A stretch of 63,876 nucleotides of DNA, counting the filler, from Neoconidiobolus thromboides FSU 785 (Eukaryota > Fungi > Entomophthoromycota), in NCBI GenBank assembly GCA_025603075.1. It is 5 parts of 5 records of this genome, joined end to end, with 100 filler letters (N's around TTAATTAATTAA, not from the genome) between each part and the next. Parts side by side here need not be neighbours in the genome. Positions count along the whole stretch, not along the records: positions 39,478 to 58,511 come from MU626563.1; 4 more parts are not named here. One strand, 5' to 3'. The notes beneath the pieces are model-generated. The model had not been told where the DNA came from. It saw only the letters and a program-made list of their open reading frames with translations, and made no database searches. Made by a program: the position numbers and the translations under genes. This document shows, in pieces, positions 39,478-51,578 of this stretch (positions are counted from its first letter, which is position 1; each line of letters starts with the position of its first letter).

Positions 39478-39978
39478 ATTAACTTGGCAATATATTAATA
39501 ATGTAATTATAACATTAAAGTAGTTTATTTATTTGATAATAAATCTACGATGTTGGTTATAAAGCAGTTGATAATAAATATTTCTCAATTAAGCTTTATA
39601 AGAACATGTATTTAAGATCTAGTAGAAATTCAACTAACTTACAGTATGAGCTATAATATAATGGTTTAGAACTGTGTTTGGGTACTTTTGTTTTAATAAA
39701 AGATGTGATTTTATAGAATTTTAAGCGAAGTTTTTAAAATACAAATTTTTTTAAAATTGGATAAAATAATGAAACTAATTCAGACAACCCCATATATTAA
39801 AACATATGATAAACTTTAATAAGATAATGAATCGTTACAAATAATTTATCAAAGTATATATTCAATAAGCTTTAATAAGTTAGAATCTTTCAAAGTTTAA
39901 AACTTAAAATATTGTAATCATAATGATTTACAATTATAGCATTTTAAGTTATATACTTCAACGAAAGATATAAAACAA

Positions 39979-40260
39979 TTATACTTTCAATTTTTCTTTA
40001 TTAAAATGGATCAAGGTGCTAAAAGCCAAAATAAAAGGAACAAAATTCAAACAGCTTATAAATTGACTGAGAAATAGAACTTTACTACTGAAGGTAAGTG
40101 ATATTAATAATAATATTAATAGCGATATACATTTTAGAAAAGTACAACATAAGCTGATAATACCTAGCGTTGTTCCAAATATTATAATAAAACCCAACAA
40201 TACTTTCGTTTATGCGAATAAGGTATTATTTTCAAAGGCAGATAGCTGAACCCAATATGA
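39979..40260 (-). other. Possible multi-pass membrane protein fragment or remnant
   Basis: Two to three hydrophobic stretches in ORF 39979-40200; an upstream in-frame TAA; no family recognised. Confidence 0.25.
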
Positions 40261-40783
40261 ATTTATTCAATATTGTAAAAGAACAAATAAATTTAAATCA
40301 AAACAATAATCGAAATGGTTATTAAAATCGAAATCAAAATATATATTATATATATATAAAATCTATAAAAAATAATAATATGCTTATTAAATTATCAAGC
40401 TTTATTATTGAAATAAATTTTATCATGTTTTTGCAATATATTTTTCATTATAACGATAATTTTAGTACTATTACGAAATTTTTTATAAAATCTAAACAAG
40501 CACAAGATTTTATTGACCATGAATTTATAACTTAATGAGTTGGATCTCACTTTAATGGACTAGGAATGTGACTTCCTTATTAGATATATACAACTAATTG
40601 AGCTACCGTCTTGCTTTATTAACCTGTATATGAAATCATCCAAAACCAAATGTACGAAATCTCACTTCTATTAAGGCAAACTAATTATTGCCCTATATTA
40701 AAGCTCGTTTTAAGGGACAAAATCTTAATTTAATAATGGCGGTTACACTCTATAGGAAATCTGCTATAATCCACTATTTTCTA

Positions 40784-41820
40784 ATGTCATTGGGATTTGA
40801 TCAACTCCTTGCCATCGTAATCAAAGAAATGTTAAAATATTTCTATCAGGATGAGTTGTTAAATTTATCTTTTTTAAATAATTGTTATTTAAAATGTAGG
40901 TCATGTGTCATTGAGTATAATTTAGTGCACTCAGTTTGTATATGTGTAATGGCCCTCTATCAGCGATATCAACGTAATTTTTTTCAAAAATGGACTATTA
41001 ATGAGACATTTATATATAAGATCTGATTTCTTTAATTTTTTTAACTTTTTGCCCCTACATTACGTCTTTATACTATCTTGAAAACTTGAACAATGATAGT
41101 AAAATAAATAGATGATTATTGAGATTCAAAAAACTCACAATACATTCTTTAGCTCATACAATGAGTTTAGATAAACTTTCAAATTATTTGAAATAAACGA
41201 AGCAATTAATCTACATATCAAAAATATGATCAAGTATTTGAATTCAAGAAATTGAAGTCGTCAATATTTTGCAAATTTGAAGAGTTTAGAGGATATAATA
41301 TTAACAGATAAAAGCGGAAACTTTTTAAAAAAAATAGCAATGAAAATAGTTTTATTACTTTAGGCTATCTTAATCCAGATAAACAAATTAGTGAAGATTT
41401 TCTAAATTTATCAATTTTAGGCCAAGTGATTGTTGAATTCCATTGCATTAATACTAAATATTTACAAAATTTGGTGTGAAACGTCATCACATAATTTTGG
41501 TCTTGGATTAAGTTGTTGTATGTATATACGCAGACTAAATAATCTATTAAATGATTCCCATAATTTATTTAAATCTAGATTCACAAAGCAGATTGAACTT
41601 TAGACTTATGAAGATACATTTAAAAGGCTTTGTTATTTTTTGTTAATGTTCCCAAGACTCGAGGCCATTGTAATTTGTTGACTTACTTTTATAGAGGATG
41701 ATCGTGAGATTAGTTGCACTCCTAATATTCCTCTATTACTTATTTCCTCCGCTAAAAATGGTATTCTTAGTAAAATAGTGGAAAGGAATCCATTGATCAG
41801 CTGGTACAAGTCAGAACGAC
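40784..41820 (+). pseudogene. Intronless F-box/LRR-like family member, decayed
   Basis: MSLGFDQLLAIVIKEMLKY...ELLNLSFLN start and ...RNPLISWYKSE end match the intact paralogues; multiple stops and frameshifts between. Confidence 0.8.
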
Positions 41821-42663
41821 TTACTCTAAAACACTTTTTAAACAAATATCAATAACAATAAATTGCTTTTGATATAGTGTGTATTTATATTCGTTTTTTA
41901 GAATTCAAACTCCTTAATGTATTAGCTTTTTTTTAAATCAAAATGCTAAACTGAAGCAAATAAGATAAAAAAAATTCGAACATTGCTCAACCGTTGTATT
42001 TATGATTATTTTATTATTACATGGTTAACTTACTATATAAAAGTTTAAAAGACTAAAATAGGCTCTCATTTTTGGTAGCTTATGCTATAAAGATTAATTT
42101 TAAACTTGAAAGGATTAGCGTTTTGCATTTAAAGTATAGTGTAGTGATATAGAAGTAAGAGTTTATTCTTGAATGTTAGTTGGGTATATATTACGGTCCT
42201 GAATTATAATGTTCAGGTAGATATGGCCTGATTATTTGACTTTTTGAGTATTTTTAGGATTGTATTGATCTAGGTCTTTTGATTTTAGTTTTATTTTTTA
42301 AATCAAATTTTGTCACTATTAAACAATCATTACACTTATAAAAGTAATAATATAGCATTAAAATAGGGTCTAAAAGATATCAATAGGTGCTTCTAGAAAA
42401 AGAACAAATTAAACTTCAAACAAATATATAAATATATAAATAAAGAGATATACAATAACATAAACTTCAGACCTAATATATTAGTGAATTAAACTTTATT
42501 ACTGGTAACTATTATCTTTATCATTTCAAAAGCTACTTAAAGGTTGAGTTTGAACTAATTGATATCAAAAAATCGTTGGCTATCATTGTCCTTATTTTAA
42601 AAGTACAATCTTTTTTATTATTATCTTTATTGACATTTACAATCATCAGTTTTTTTCATTAAA

Positions 42664-43956
42664 ATGCCTTTACGATTTGATCAGCTACCAGATATTGTAA
42701 TAGAAGATGTTTTTAAGCATGTCAATCCATCTAAGTTGTTTGATTTATGTTTTTTGAATAAATCTTTATTTAAAAATGTTAGGCATGTTATAAAGTACAG
42801 TTTAGTCCACTCAATTTATAGTTCTAGCGAATATGCGGAACACAATCAATATCAACAAAGATTCATTAAAGAGAATGGACTATTGATGAAACATATAAAT
42901 ATAAACACTTATACCCTTGATGAGCTAAGAAATTGTCCAAATATTACATCTTTAAAATATTGTGACAAACGAGTTAAAAAGGATAGAAATACGAAAGATA
43001 GTAGAGTAAACTTTCAACTGAAAAATTTGAAAAAAATAGTTATAACTTCTAAAGTTCATATTGATTCATTAGATTTATTTGCTAACTATTTAAATAGTAT
43101 TAAGAGGCTTGTGCTTTATGGGCCAATCAATACATGTATTAAAGAAGTGATTGAGTATTTAAACCCAAATGGATTAAAATCGCTTGTATTATGTTCTAAT
43201 GAGTCCTTAGATCTCGATGGATTGGACATTATTAAAGCAAGGTTTATTGAGTTAAAACTATTACAATTAAGCGCTAAGAAAGGTTTTGTCAAACCCAATG
43301 AGTTTAATAATGATTTAACTTTTAGTTCTAAGTTAGAGTTGAAACTTGTAGGCCATATTAGTAGCGATATTATTCGACTTTTCGGAGATTTAAAAAGGTT
43401 AAAGAGTATAAAGTTAATAGATAATTCAAGTGCCTTTTTTGAAAAAAATGATGATTATGTTAGGAATCTACTTGAAGGTAGCGACATTATTACTTTAGGG
43501 CATCTTTGCTTAGAAAATCGAATTGACGATAGTTTTATTAGGATATCAACTGTAAAAGAGGTGTGTATTAGAGAGCTATCAAGAGAGTTGTTGAGATCCA
43601 TATCTTCAGTATCAAATATTCAAAAAGTTTCGTTTAAAAAAGTACAAAATTCTATTGAATATCCGTACTATATAATCTGGGAAAGTAATGATTTACGTAA
43701 ATCACTTCAATGCAAATTTATAAAACATCTTGAAATTAAAACTTACAAGAATACATTAAGAAAGTTTATGTGTTTCTTATCCATGTTTCCAAACCTTGAA
43801 TCTATTAAAATCAAAAACCTTGTTCTTAAGTATAATAATAAACAGGATACTCACACTCTTACTATTTTACCTATAGTTATTACTTCTATCAAAAACAAAA
43901 CCTTCCTTGAATTAGTTCGAAAGAATCCAGTAATCAATTGGTATAAATTAGAGTAA
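42664..43956 (+). CDS. Intronless F-box/LRR-like protein, 430 aa
   Basis: N-terminal F-box-like LPDIVIEDVFKH...LFDLCFLNK; LxxLxL repeats; single ORF. Confidence 0.82.
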   Translation: MPLRFDQLPDIVIEDVFKHVNPSKLFDLCFLNKSLFKNVRHVIKYSLVHSIYSSSEYAEHNQYQQRFIKENGLLMKHININTYTLDELRNCPNITSLKYCDKRVKKDRNTKDSRVNFQLKNLKKIVITSKVHIDSLDLFANYLNSIKRLVLYGPINTCIKEVIEYLNPNGLKSLVLCSNESLDLDGLDIIKARFIELKLLQLSAKKGFVKPNEFNNDLTFSSKLELKLVGHISSDIIRLFGDLKRLKSIKLIDNSSAFFEKNDDYVRNLLEGSDIITLGHLCLENRIDDSFIRISTVKEVCIRELSRELLRSISSVSNIQKVSFKKVQNSIEYPYYIIWESNDLRKSLQCKFIKHLEIKTYKNTLRKFMCFLSMFPNLESIKIKNLVLKYNNKQDTHTLTILPIVITSIKNKTFLELVRKNPVINWYKLE

Positions 43957-44342
43957 TCTGGTTTTGATTTGCTTTTCTAAAATATTAATATCAATAAATC
44001 GAGTCTTAATTTATGTTTAGAGTTTTATATAATTTTCATATAGTAAAGCTTAACGTTTTTGTTTCTCCTATTAAAATATAAATTGAAATAATTAACCTGT
44101 TAAACTAAATAAAAACTATTACATTTTAATAGTGACTTATTTGGTATTGCAAAATTGTTTTTGCTAAGAAGTGATAAAATATCTTACTAATTCATTCTTA
44201 TTTACCATATCGGGATCAGAATTTTGTATCCAGAGTATTGGGATCTTACAAGTATAGTTTTGATTTTGAATGCTCATTTTGAATGCGATGCAATGAAGAA
44301 TTAAAGAATCAAGATAGAGATAATCTATTCATTTCTAGTTTA

Positions 44343-44802
44343 TGTGAAATACCCCTTTGTCAGCCCCATGATTGACTATAACATAACCATCATCTAAGTC
44401 GTTGTGTTCTTGAGTTTAGACACAATCAATCACGATCCTCTTATTTCGATTTGCTGCGAGACTTTATAATTTCATTTCAAAGAATGTTATCCTCTCATTT
44501 TGATATTCATACTTGTTGGAGTATAAAAGAGATTTTAGAACATAGTAACTCAAAGCTTTTTAATTGGATTATTCCCTGACACTGTACTTTTAATAAAGAT
44601 ACAAATCTTTCTGATAGTATTTACGTAGATTTTATAGTAGTATTGTTTATTCTATTTATCCTACATAGTTCATAATATATTATATGCTATTCTTCATAAT
44701 TCAAGTCTATCTTAGTTACATAAAATAAGACCTTTCGACTTACGGTTAGTCAATCAAGCAAGAACTACTCTTGACTCCAACCACTAATTACCAGATTCTA
44801 CA
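44343..44802 (-). mobile_element. Solo LTR, family B (460 nt)
   Basis: Reverse complement runs TGTAGAAT...ATTTCACA; flanks TTTA/TTTG (3/4 TSD match). Confidence 0.82.
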
Positions 44803-45175
44803 TTTGTTACAATTGTTTTTTAATAAAATAAAGCAGCTTTTGTAAAAAAAATATTTTGTATATTTACTTACATTTAATTTGAAATAGTAGTAGTGGTGCT
44901 TTATAAAAAGCATCATTTAAATTCCAATTTACCTTTTTTGGAAATTTCTACATTTTTCTCCAAGAAACTGCTTTTATAAATATTATGTATTCTAAAGGTA
45001 CAAAAAAGTATCAGCAAAGAGTGGCTTACTTTATTGTCATTTTTTATACTGTTTAATAATAGGAAAGCTTGATTTTTAATTATGAATTCAATTGAAAGTT
45101 TTAGAAATAAAAACCAAAATTTAATATTCTAAATTAAAATTTGTTCTATCTTTATTTAATCTTGGAAGTGGAATA

Positions 45176-45276
45176 TAGGAATGTATTTTGTATTTAGGAA
45201 TTTTGCTAACAATTTTTCTACTCAAATGGCGTTTAAAAGATAAAAAAAGTAATAAAGCCAAAAAAAACATCACCTA
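45176..45276 (+). mobile_element. MITE family A copy
   Basis: TAGGAATGTATTTTGTATTTAGGAATTTTG...AAAAAAACATCACCTA. Confidence 0.82.
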
Positions 45277-46001
45277 TATTATAAAATAATAAAGCTAAAA
45301 AAGGCCCCTAAATAATAATTAAAATATAAAAAAATCAATTACTCGAGTATAAAAACTATGTTAATTTATTTTGTACAAAGTATAATGTAAATTCTTCCAA
45401 AAATTTTATCAACATTATTTATTAACCTCTAATAGAATATATATTTAAAAGTTTTATATCATTTTTTGTATATTACTACTATTCTATAATATTTTTATTA
45501 ATAATTTTTTATTTACTAAAATAATTTCACTTTAAATATGAAAAACAGGCTGATTTCTTTTAGCTAATAATAATCTTTTAGAACTTTTTCCAACTATAAC
45601 AGCTAATGTATAAGAGTTTTTGTAAGCTTTGGCCTTATAAATCAAAATTTTCTAATCTCAAAATAGGATATATTTTTAGACGTGAATATCATTTTAAATC
45701 ATATTAACTGATAGAATTAAAATATCAAGATTTACTGTGAAACTAATAAACTGATATGAAAGAAATTTATCAATTAATAAATAAGTGATAAAATAAAGTG
45801 AGTATTTAATACTATCAACAAATCAGGCTTTAAAATTAAAAATTATCATCCTGGTTACTACAAAATGTACTTAATTATTGGATTTTTTGTTTGATAATAT
45901 TAGTAAAGGATTGAGTTAAATCTTTTAGTCAATCCAAAACTACATCTTCAGGACATATTATCAATATTATACTAAAATAACATTAGATAGTTTAACCTCA
46001 A

Positions 46002-47355
46002 ATGTCATTACAATTCGATCAAATGCCTGCTATTATAATAGAAGAGGTATTTAAACATGCTAATTTATCGAAATTATTTGATTTATGCTTTTCAAATAAG
46101 TCATTATTTAGAAATGTAAGCTATACTATTAAGCAGCATTTGATGTATTCAATCTATAGTTATGATAAATGGGTTGGGTATTTACAAATACTAGTAGAAG
46201 TTTGTTGAAAAAAGTAAGGTATTAGGAGGGCGTTTGGATCTAAGAATTGGTGCTCTTGACTAGATAGGTTATTGTCCAAATACCAATTTCTCTTCTATAA
46301 AGATATGTTTTCCAACAGTTATATCAATAATGGCAAATACTATAATAATAATAATAAGATAATATATATACCATTGAAAAAATTGAAATCAATATTTATA
46401 TTTGCTGATAGTTATTTTAAATTAGTTTGTTTCTTTAGAGGTTATTTAGTTCAACTTGAGAAATTTGAGCTTGATGGCACAAATGTTTGTATTAAAAATA
46501 TCACTAAGTATTTGAATTGAAGTAAGCTAAAGAAATTGACACTGATTTCTAATGGGTCTATTAACCTCGATAGCTCAATAATTATCAAGAAGGAATTTAA
46601 TAAGTTAAAAATGTTACATTTGAAAACTACTGGCATGATTGCCATTTCTACTGAATTTTATATCAGTATAAAGTTCAAATTTAAATTAGACTTTAAAGTT
46701 CAAATTTAAATTAGACTTGAAAGCTAGTGAGGGTTTCGATAATAGAACTATTAAATCCTTTAGAGATCTAAAAAGGCTAAATAGTATAGATTTAATAGAT
46801 AGGCAAGGTAATCATTTTGAGATAAATATCAATAATACTTTAAGCTTAATTAAAAGTAACAACACTATTACTTTGGGATACCTTTATATTTCTAATCAAA
46901 TCAAGAGGGCTTCTGTAAATATTCACACTTTGATAAAACTTTGTATTAAGAAGTTGTCAATAAAATTTCTTAAAAGTACTTTAATATCATCAAACACTAT
47001 CAAACATTCGAAAAATTGAATTTGAAAAGGTGTCTACTTATATCCTAAATCACTATGTAAATGATTTCAAAAATGACCCATATAAATCCCAATATCAATT
47101 TATAAAATAGATCAAAATGAAGCAGTATATAACACGTTCAAAAGCTTTATTTGTTTTATATACATGTTTCCAACCCTTGAAGTCATTAAAATTAAAAACT
47201 TTATCTTAGTAGACAGCGACGAACAAGCCAATTACATTCATAATACTCACTTATTGATTATTAGTCCTATTGAGAATGAGACTTTCAGAAATATTCGAAA
47301 AGACCCAATAATCAGCCAGTATAAAACGGAGAAGCTCAAACATCTATGCTACTAG
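46002..47355 (+). pseudogene. Intronless F-box/LRR-like family member, frameshifted
   Basis: MSLQFDQMPAIIIEEVFKHANLSKLFDLCF...; fragments in different frames to MFPTLEVIKIKNF...KDPIISQYK; 25-nt duplication at 46670-46718. Confidence 0.85.
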
Positions 47356-47769
47356 TTAGAGAAATGTGAATTAATGTTACATTGCTACTTTTCTACTTCC
47401 TATTGCTCCTATTAAAAGTTAAAATCTAAATTATAGTTACAGCGACATACAAATAAAATATTTTTTGAAAACTTAATAGCCATCTTTTATTTTTTATTCT
47501 ATTATTTCTTAGTAATTTAATTTATCCTTATCTTTATTTTTTATTTAAACAAAATAAGTCCTTTGATTAAAAGATACTATTATTTATTTGCAACATTTTA
47601 GAAAAAGACACTTTATGTATTTTTTATTAAGAAATTGTGTCTATAATTTATATTTATAAAAAATGATAAAAATAAAATATCAGTAAAAGGTCTAAATATA
47701 TTGAAAATAATTGACTAGATGTCAAAAGCTATTTTATTTTAAAGGTTATTAGATTAACTATAGCTAAAT

Positions 47770-48240
47770 TCAAACCAATTTTCTTTATTCCCCCTCACTG
47801 TTTATCGGTTGGTCTTATCCTCCTCCATAAATTTACCTCCTATCCCTCCGCACTGAAACTCTAGGTTCATATAATCAAGATAAATTTTCCACCATACCCT
47901 TCCCTAATCTCATTACTTTCGCTTAGATGCTATGTTTTGCTCCAAAAATTTCTCTACTGGATAAGGTGCTAATTCTGTTTTCAGAATTGGGGACTATTCA
48001 CCGAAGTTTCACATCGAAACAATTTAACCTCTCTCCATTATCACTTTTGCCTTTCAATTAAATCTGCCTCCCTACTTTATGCGAACTATTATGGATAACG
48101 GAGATAAGATGTCTGCCACTATCACCCTTCTAATTCGGAAAAAGGTTTGAAGAACTTGGACTCTCTTCTGATACTTCCGTGGTATCCTAATTCGATGGTT
48201 TATTCTCTGGAGTTTACTGCCTCTAGTATTTACCTTTTTA
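47770..48240. mobile_element. Possible retroelement relic (GC-richer, C/T-skewed on +)
   Basis: Composition shift, no intact ORF, no diagnostic motif recognised. Confidence 0.3.
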
Positions 48241-48556
48241 CCTTAGTTAATAAAACAAAACACTTAGGATTTCAATCTTTCAAGAGGAAAAATAGATTAT
48301 TATATTAAATTAAACTATATGACAATGAAATCAGAGAGCAAAAAATATTATATTACAAAAAAGTTCAATCAAAGCTAATGGAAATTTGTTAATCGATAAA
48401 TCAGTAATAAAATAAGCTTGAAGTTTAATAAAGTAGATAAAGTAAACTTTGTAATCAATAATTGTCACTCTTATCACCTTAAAATGCTATATAAGCATCG
48501 ATCTTTGTATTGAAGTACATTAAAAAGGAAAATCAAAATTCAGTTTTTATTTAAGA

Positions 48557-48660
48557 TTGGGGGTGTTTTTTTTGGCTTCCTTATTTTTTCTATCTTTTAA
48601 GCGTTATTTAAATGGAAAAACTATCACTGAAATTCTTAAACATAAAAATACATCCCCGTT
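48557..48660 (-). mobile_element. MITE family A copy
   Basis: TGGGGGTGTTTTTTTTGGCTTCC...AAAATACATCCCC. Confidence 0.85.
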
Positions 48661-48718
48661 ATTATTCCATATTGTCAATAGTTATTACATTAAATAAAAC
48701 CAACGTATCTTTTACAAA

Positions 48719-50014
48719 ATGTCACTAAAATTTGATCAATTGCCTTTCGTTGTGCTAGAAGGTATTTTCAAATGTGCTAATTCGGATGAGTTATTTGATT
48801 TGTGTTTTTTAAATAAGTCCTTATTTAGAAACGTAAGCCATGTCATCACCTATAACTTAGTGTATTCCGTTTATTTCTTTAGTAAAGTTAAGAAATATCA
48901 ACAATATCAAAAGAAGTTTATTAAAGAAAATGGGTTGTCAATGAGACGCTTATATATATTTGATGGTAACTTTCAACAGCTAGCCTACTGTCCAAACATA
49001 ACATCTTTGGATTATCTTGAATTGACAACTAATGACAGTGATAGTAAAGGTAATATTAATCAAACAATTTTTCCATTGACAAAACTAAAAAACATGATAA
49101 TATTTTCTAATAACTATATACAATCACTAAGCTTACTTGCTAATTATCTAAATCAAATTGAGAATTTTCAACTTGTTGGATTTTATATAGAAATCAAAGA
49201 AGTAGTAAAGTATTTGAATCCAAAGAAATTAAAATGCTTTATATTAACTTCCGAGGAGACTTTGGATATAGATGGATTAGCCATTATTAAAGCAGATTTT
49301 GTCAATTTACAAGTGTTACAACTGAGAGCTAATGAAACGATAATTTCTCCTACCACATTTAATTGTACTATCAGCTTCAATTCTAATTTAGATTTAGAAA
49401 TTAAAGGACATATTGATAATAATGTCATTCAATACTTTGGGAATTTAAGAGAATTAAAGAGTGTGAAATTGATAGATAGTTTTGGCAGTTTTTTTAGTAT
49501 GAATCAATGCAATGCTATAAACCTACTCAATAGTGGTAATGTTATTGCTTTAGGGCATGCTAATTCAAATAATCTATTTAACAAGGCATTTTTAAATTTG
49601 ATAACTTTAAGAGAAGTGTCTATCAAAGAGTTGACATTTGAGTTGCTGAAATCTATTTCTTTGCTATTGAACATCCAAAATATTCAATTTAAAAAGCTAT
49701 CAAACCTTATTGAGCACGCATGTAAAAGAAATGTTATTAATATTGGCCTTACTAAATCACATCAGTACAAATTTATTAAAAAAATTAAGATGGAATCTTA
49801 TAGAGATACGTTTGCAAGATTCTCACTTTTTTTATCGATGTTTCCAAACCTTGAAGTTATTAGAATTGAAAAGTTCACTTTGCTAGATAGTAACGAACAA
49901 ATCAATTATACTCCTACTATCCTTTTATTAGTTATAGCTCCTATTAAAAACGAAATTCTTTGTAGAGAAGTTGAAAAGAATTCAATGATTAGCTGGTATA
50001 AAATAGAAACTTAA
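48719..50014 (+). CDS. Intronless F-box/LRR-like protein, 431 aa
   Basis: MSLKFDQLPFVVLEGIFKC...ELFDLCFLNK; collinear with 42664-43956; single ORF. Confidence 0.82.
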   Translation: MSLKFDQLPFVVLEGIFKCANSDELFDLCFLNKSLFRNVSHVITYNLVYSVYFFSKVKKYQQYQKKFIKENGLSMRRLYIFDGNFQQLAYCPNITSLDYLELTTNDSDSKGNINQTIFPLTKLKNMIIFSNNYIQSLSLLANYLNQIENFQLVGFYIEIKEVVKYLNPKKLKCFILTSEETLDIDGLAIIKADFVNLQVLQLRANETIISPTTFNCTISFNSNLDLEIKGHIDNNVIQYFGNLRELKSVKLIDSFGSFFSMNQCNAINLLNSGNVIALGHANSNNLFNKAFLNLITLREVSIKELTFELLKSISLLLNIQNIQFKKLSNLIEHACKRNVINIGLTKSHQYKFIKKIKMESYRDTFARFSLFLSMFPNLEVIRIEKFTLLDSNEQINYTPTILLLVIAPIKNEILCREVEKNSMISWYKIET

Positions 50015-50042
50015 TCCCAATTTGCTTTTTTAAAGATAAATA

Positions 50043-50139
50043 TTGCAGATGTTTTTTTTGATTTCATTACTTTTCTATTTTTTTAAGCGCTATTTGAGTG
50101 GAAATACTGTCAGTAAAATTCTAAAAAAATACATCCCTA
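50043..50139 (-). mobile_element. MITE family A copy
   Basis: GATGTTTTTTTTGATTTC...AAGCGCTATTTGAGTGGAAA...AATACATCCCTA. Confidence 0.85.
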
Positions 50140-50358
50140 AATGTTGACTTTAAATTTTGGAAAAATTACTTTATAAAAGTTTGTAATAATAATATAAATA
50201 ATAAATAATTTTTTAAAAATTAATAATACAAACATGATTAAAGTTATTTAATAGATTTTTAAATTAAGTTTATATATATAATGAGTTTTTAAGATGAGTT
50301 AAAAGCTTAGTTAATTTTATCTACTTTTAATTTATAATGCAATGTTTTTTTAATTTAA

Positions 50359-50461
50359 TATGGTGATGTATTTTTGTATTCGAGAGTTTACTAACAATTT
50401 TTTCACTTAGATAGCGCTAAAAGATGGAAAAAGTAATGAAGCCAAGAAAAACAGCTCCATA
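50359..50461 (+). mobile_element. MITE family A copy
   Basis: TATGGTGATGTATTTTTG...ATAGCGCTAAAAGATGGAAAAAG...CAGCTCCATA. Confidence 0.85.
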
Positions 50462-50551
50462 TAATATTTTTTAATTTATACCACATACAAAATGGACAAA
50501 AAGGGGCAATCAAAAACTTTAAATTAACCTCAGTTGAAATTCGGACTATAA

Positions 50552-50643
50552 TATGGGATATATTTCTAAAATTTACTATAACTTTCCACTCAAATAATGC
50601 TTAAAAATAGGAAAAGTAGTAAAATTGAAAAAAACATTCTATA
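50552..50643 (+). mobile_element. MITE family A, degenerate copy
   Basis: TATGGGATATATTT...TTTCCACTCAAATAATGCTTAAAAATAGGAAAAGTAG...AAAAAACATTCTATA. Confidence 0.65.
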
Positions 50644-51522
50644 TAAAAAGTTAACTGTCAACTCTTAATTAAGTTCGAATCTCGACTACTATTAAAGTTG
50701 AATATACATTCAACAACTAAATAATAAAATATAGAAACATATAAATATAATAATCATACTATAAAACCATCCACCCTTTTATTAATATAAAATTAAGATT
50801 TGATTCTAAATTTAGTTAAATTTTTATTCCATCTATTTTTTTAAAATATCGGACAAATATCCTGCTGGCTTTGAAATTATTTATTACAATGATATCACAG
50901 GATCAAGTTATGCGCCCATTCTCATAGGATGATTGGTTAATTAAAATCAATTCAAAAAAATAAACGATTGAAAGAGTGAGATCATTAATGATATTTTTAT
51001 AGCTGTTGCGAATTTTCCTGCAACCTAATTAACTACCTATTTAAGAAAGAAATTCATATTAAAATCCTATAAAACAGAGATTATACTAGAAAAAAAGTAG
51101 TTATACAAATGATTTAGTTATAAAAATTACCAGTAAGAAAATTGAAAAAGAACTACAATACAATTTTTTCAATACAAGTGGGTTAATAAACTCCTTTAAA
51201 AATTAAAGACCAATAGAATAGACATTATTATAGGTCGCATATTTATAAAATCAATTAAAACTAACAGTAAATCTAGTTAGTATACTACTGTTAGAACTTT
51301 ATTAGTTTTTAATAAAAATTAATTCATTAATAACTAATATGCCTAATTGAATAGAAATAATATGAAAATGTGAAATTTTAATTCTCAACAAATAAAAATT
51401 CTCAAAATATAATTGGTTCAATGGATAAATTTGCTGGATTATTTTTAATTCCAGTGGCTTAAATTTCAATTGAAATTTCATTTTAAGCCTAAGGTGGGGA
51501 AGCATCAACTTAAGTTCAAGGG

Positions 51523-51530
51523 TATAAATA
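51523..51530 (+). promoter_or_regulatory. Putative TATA box of VSB1
   Basis: TATAAATA about 50 nt upstream of ATG 51579, within a GC-richer patch. Confidence 0.45.
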
Positions 51531-51578
51531 CTCCTCATAAACCCCCTCCCACTTAAAATTTAAAATCTTCAACTATTA

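Noticed and set aside
40560-40615. tRNA-like fragments (minus-strand GGTAGCTCAATTAG here; GTTCGAATC at about 50672)
   Set aside because: No acceptor-stem pairing or matching A/B box pair; no tRNA gene can be folded.
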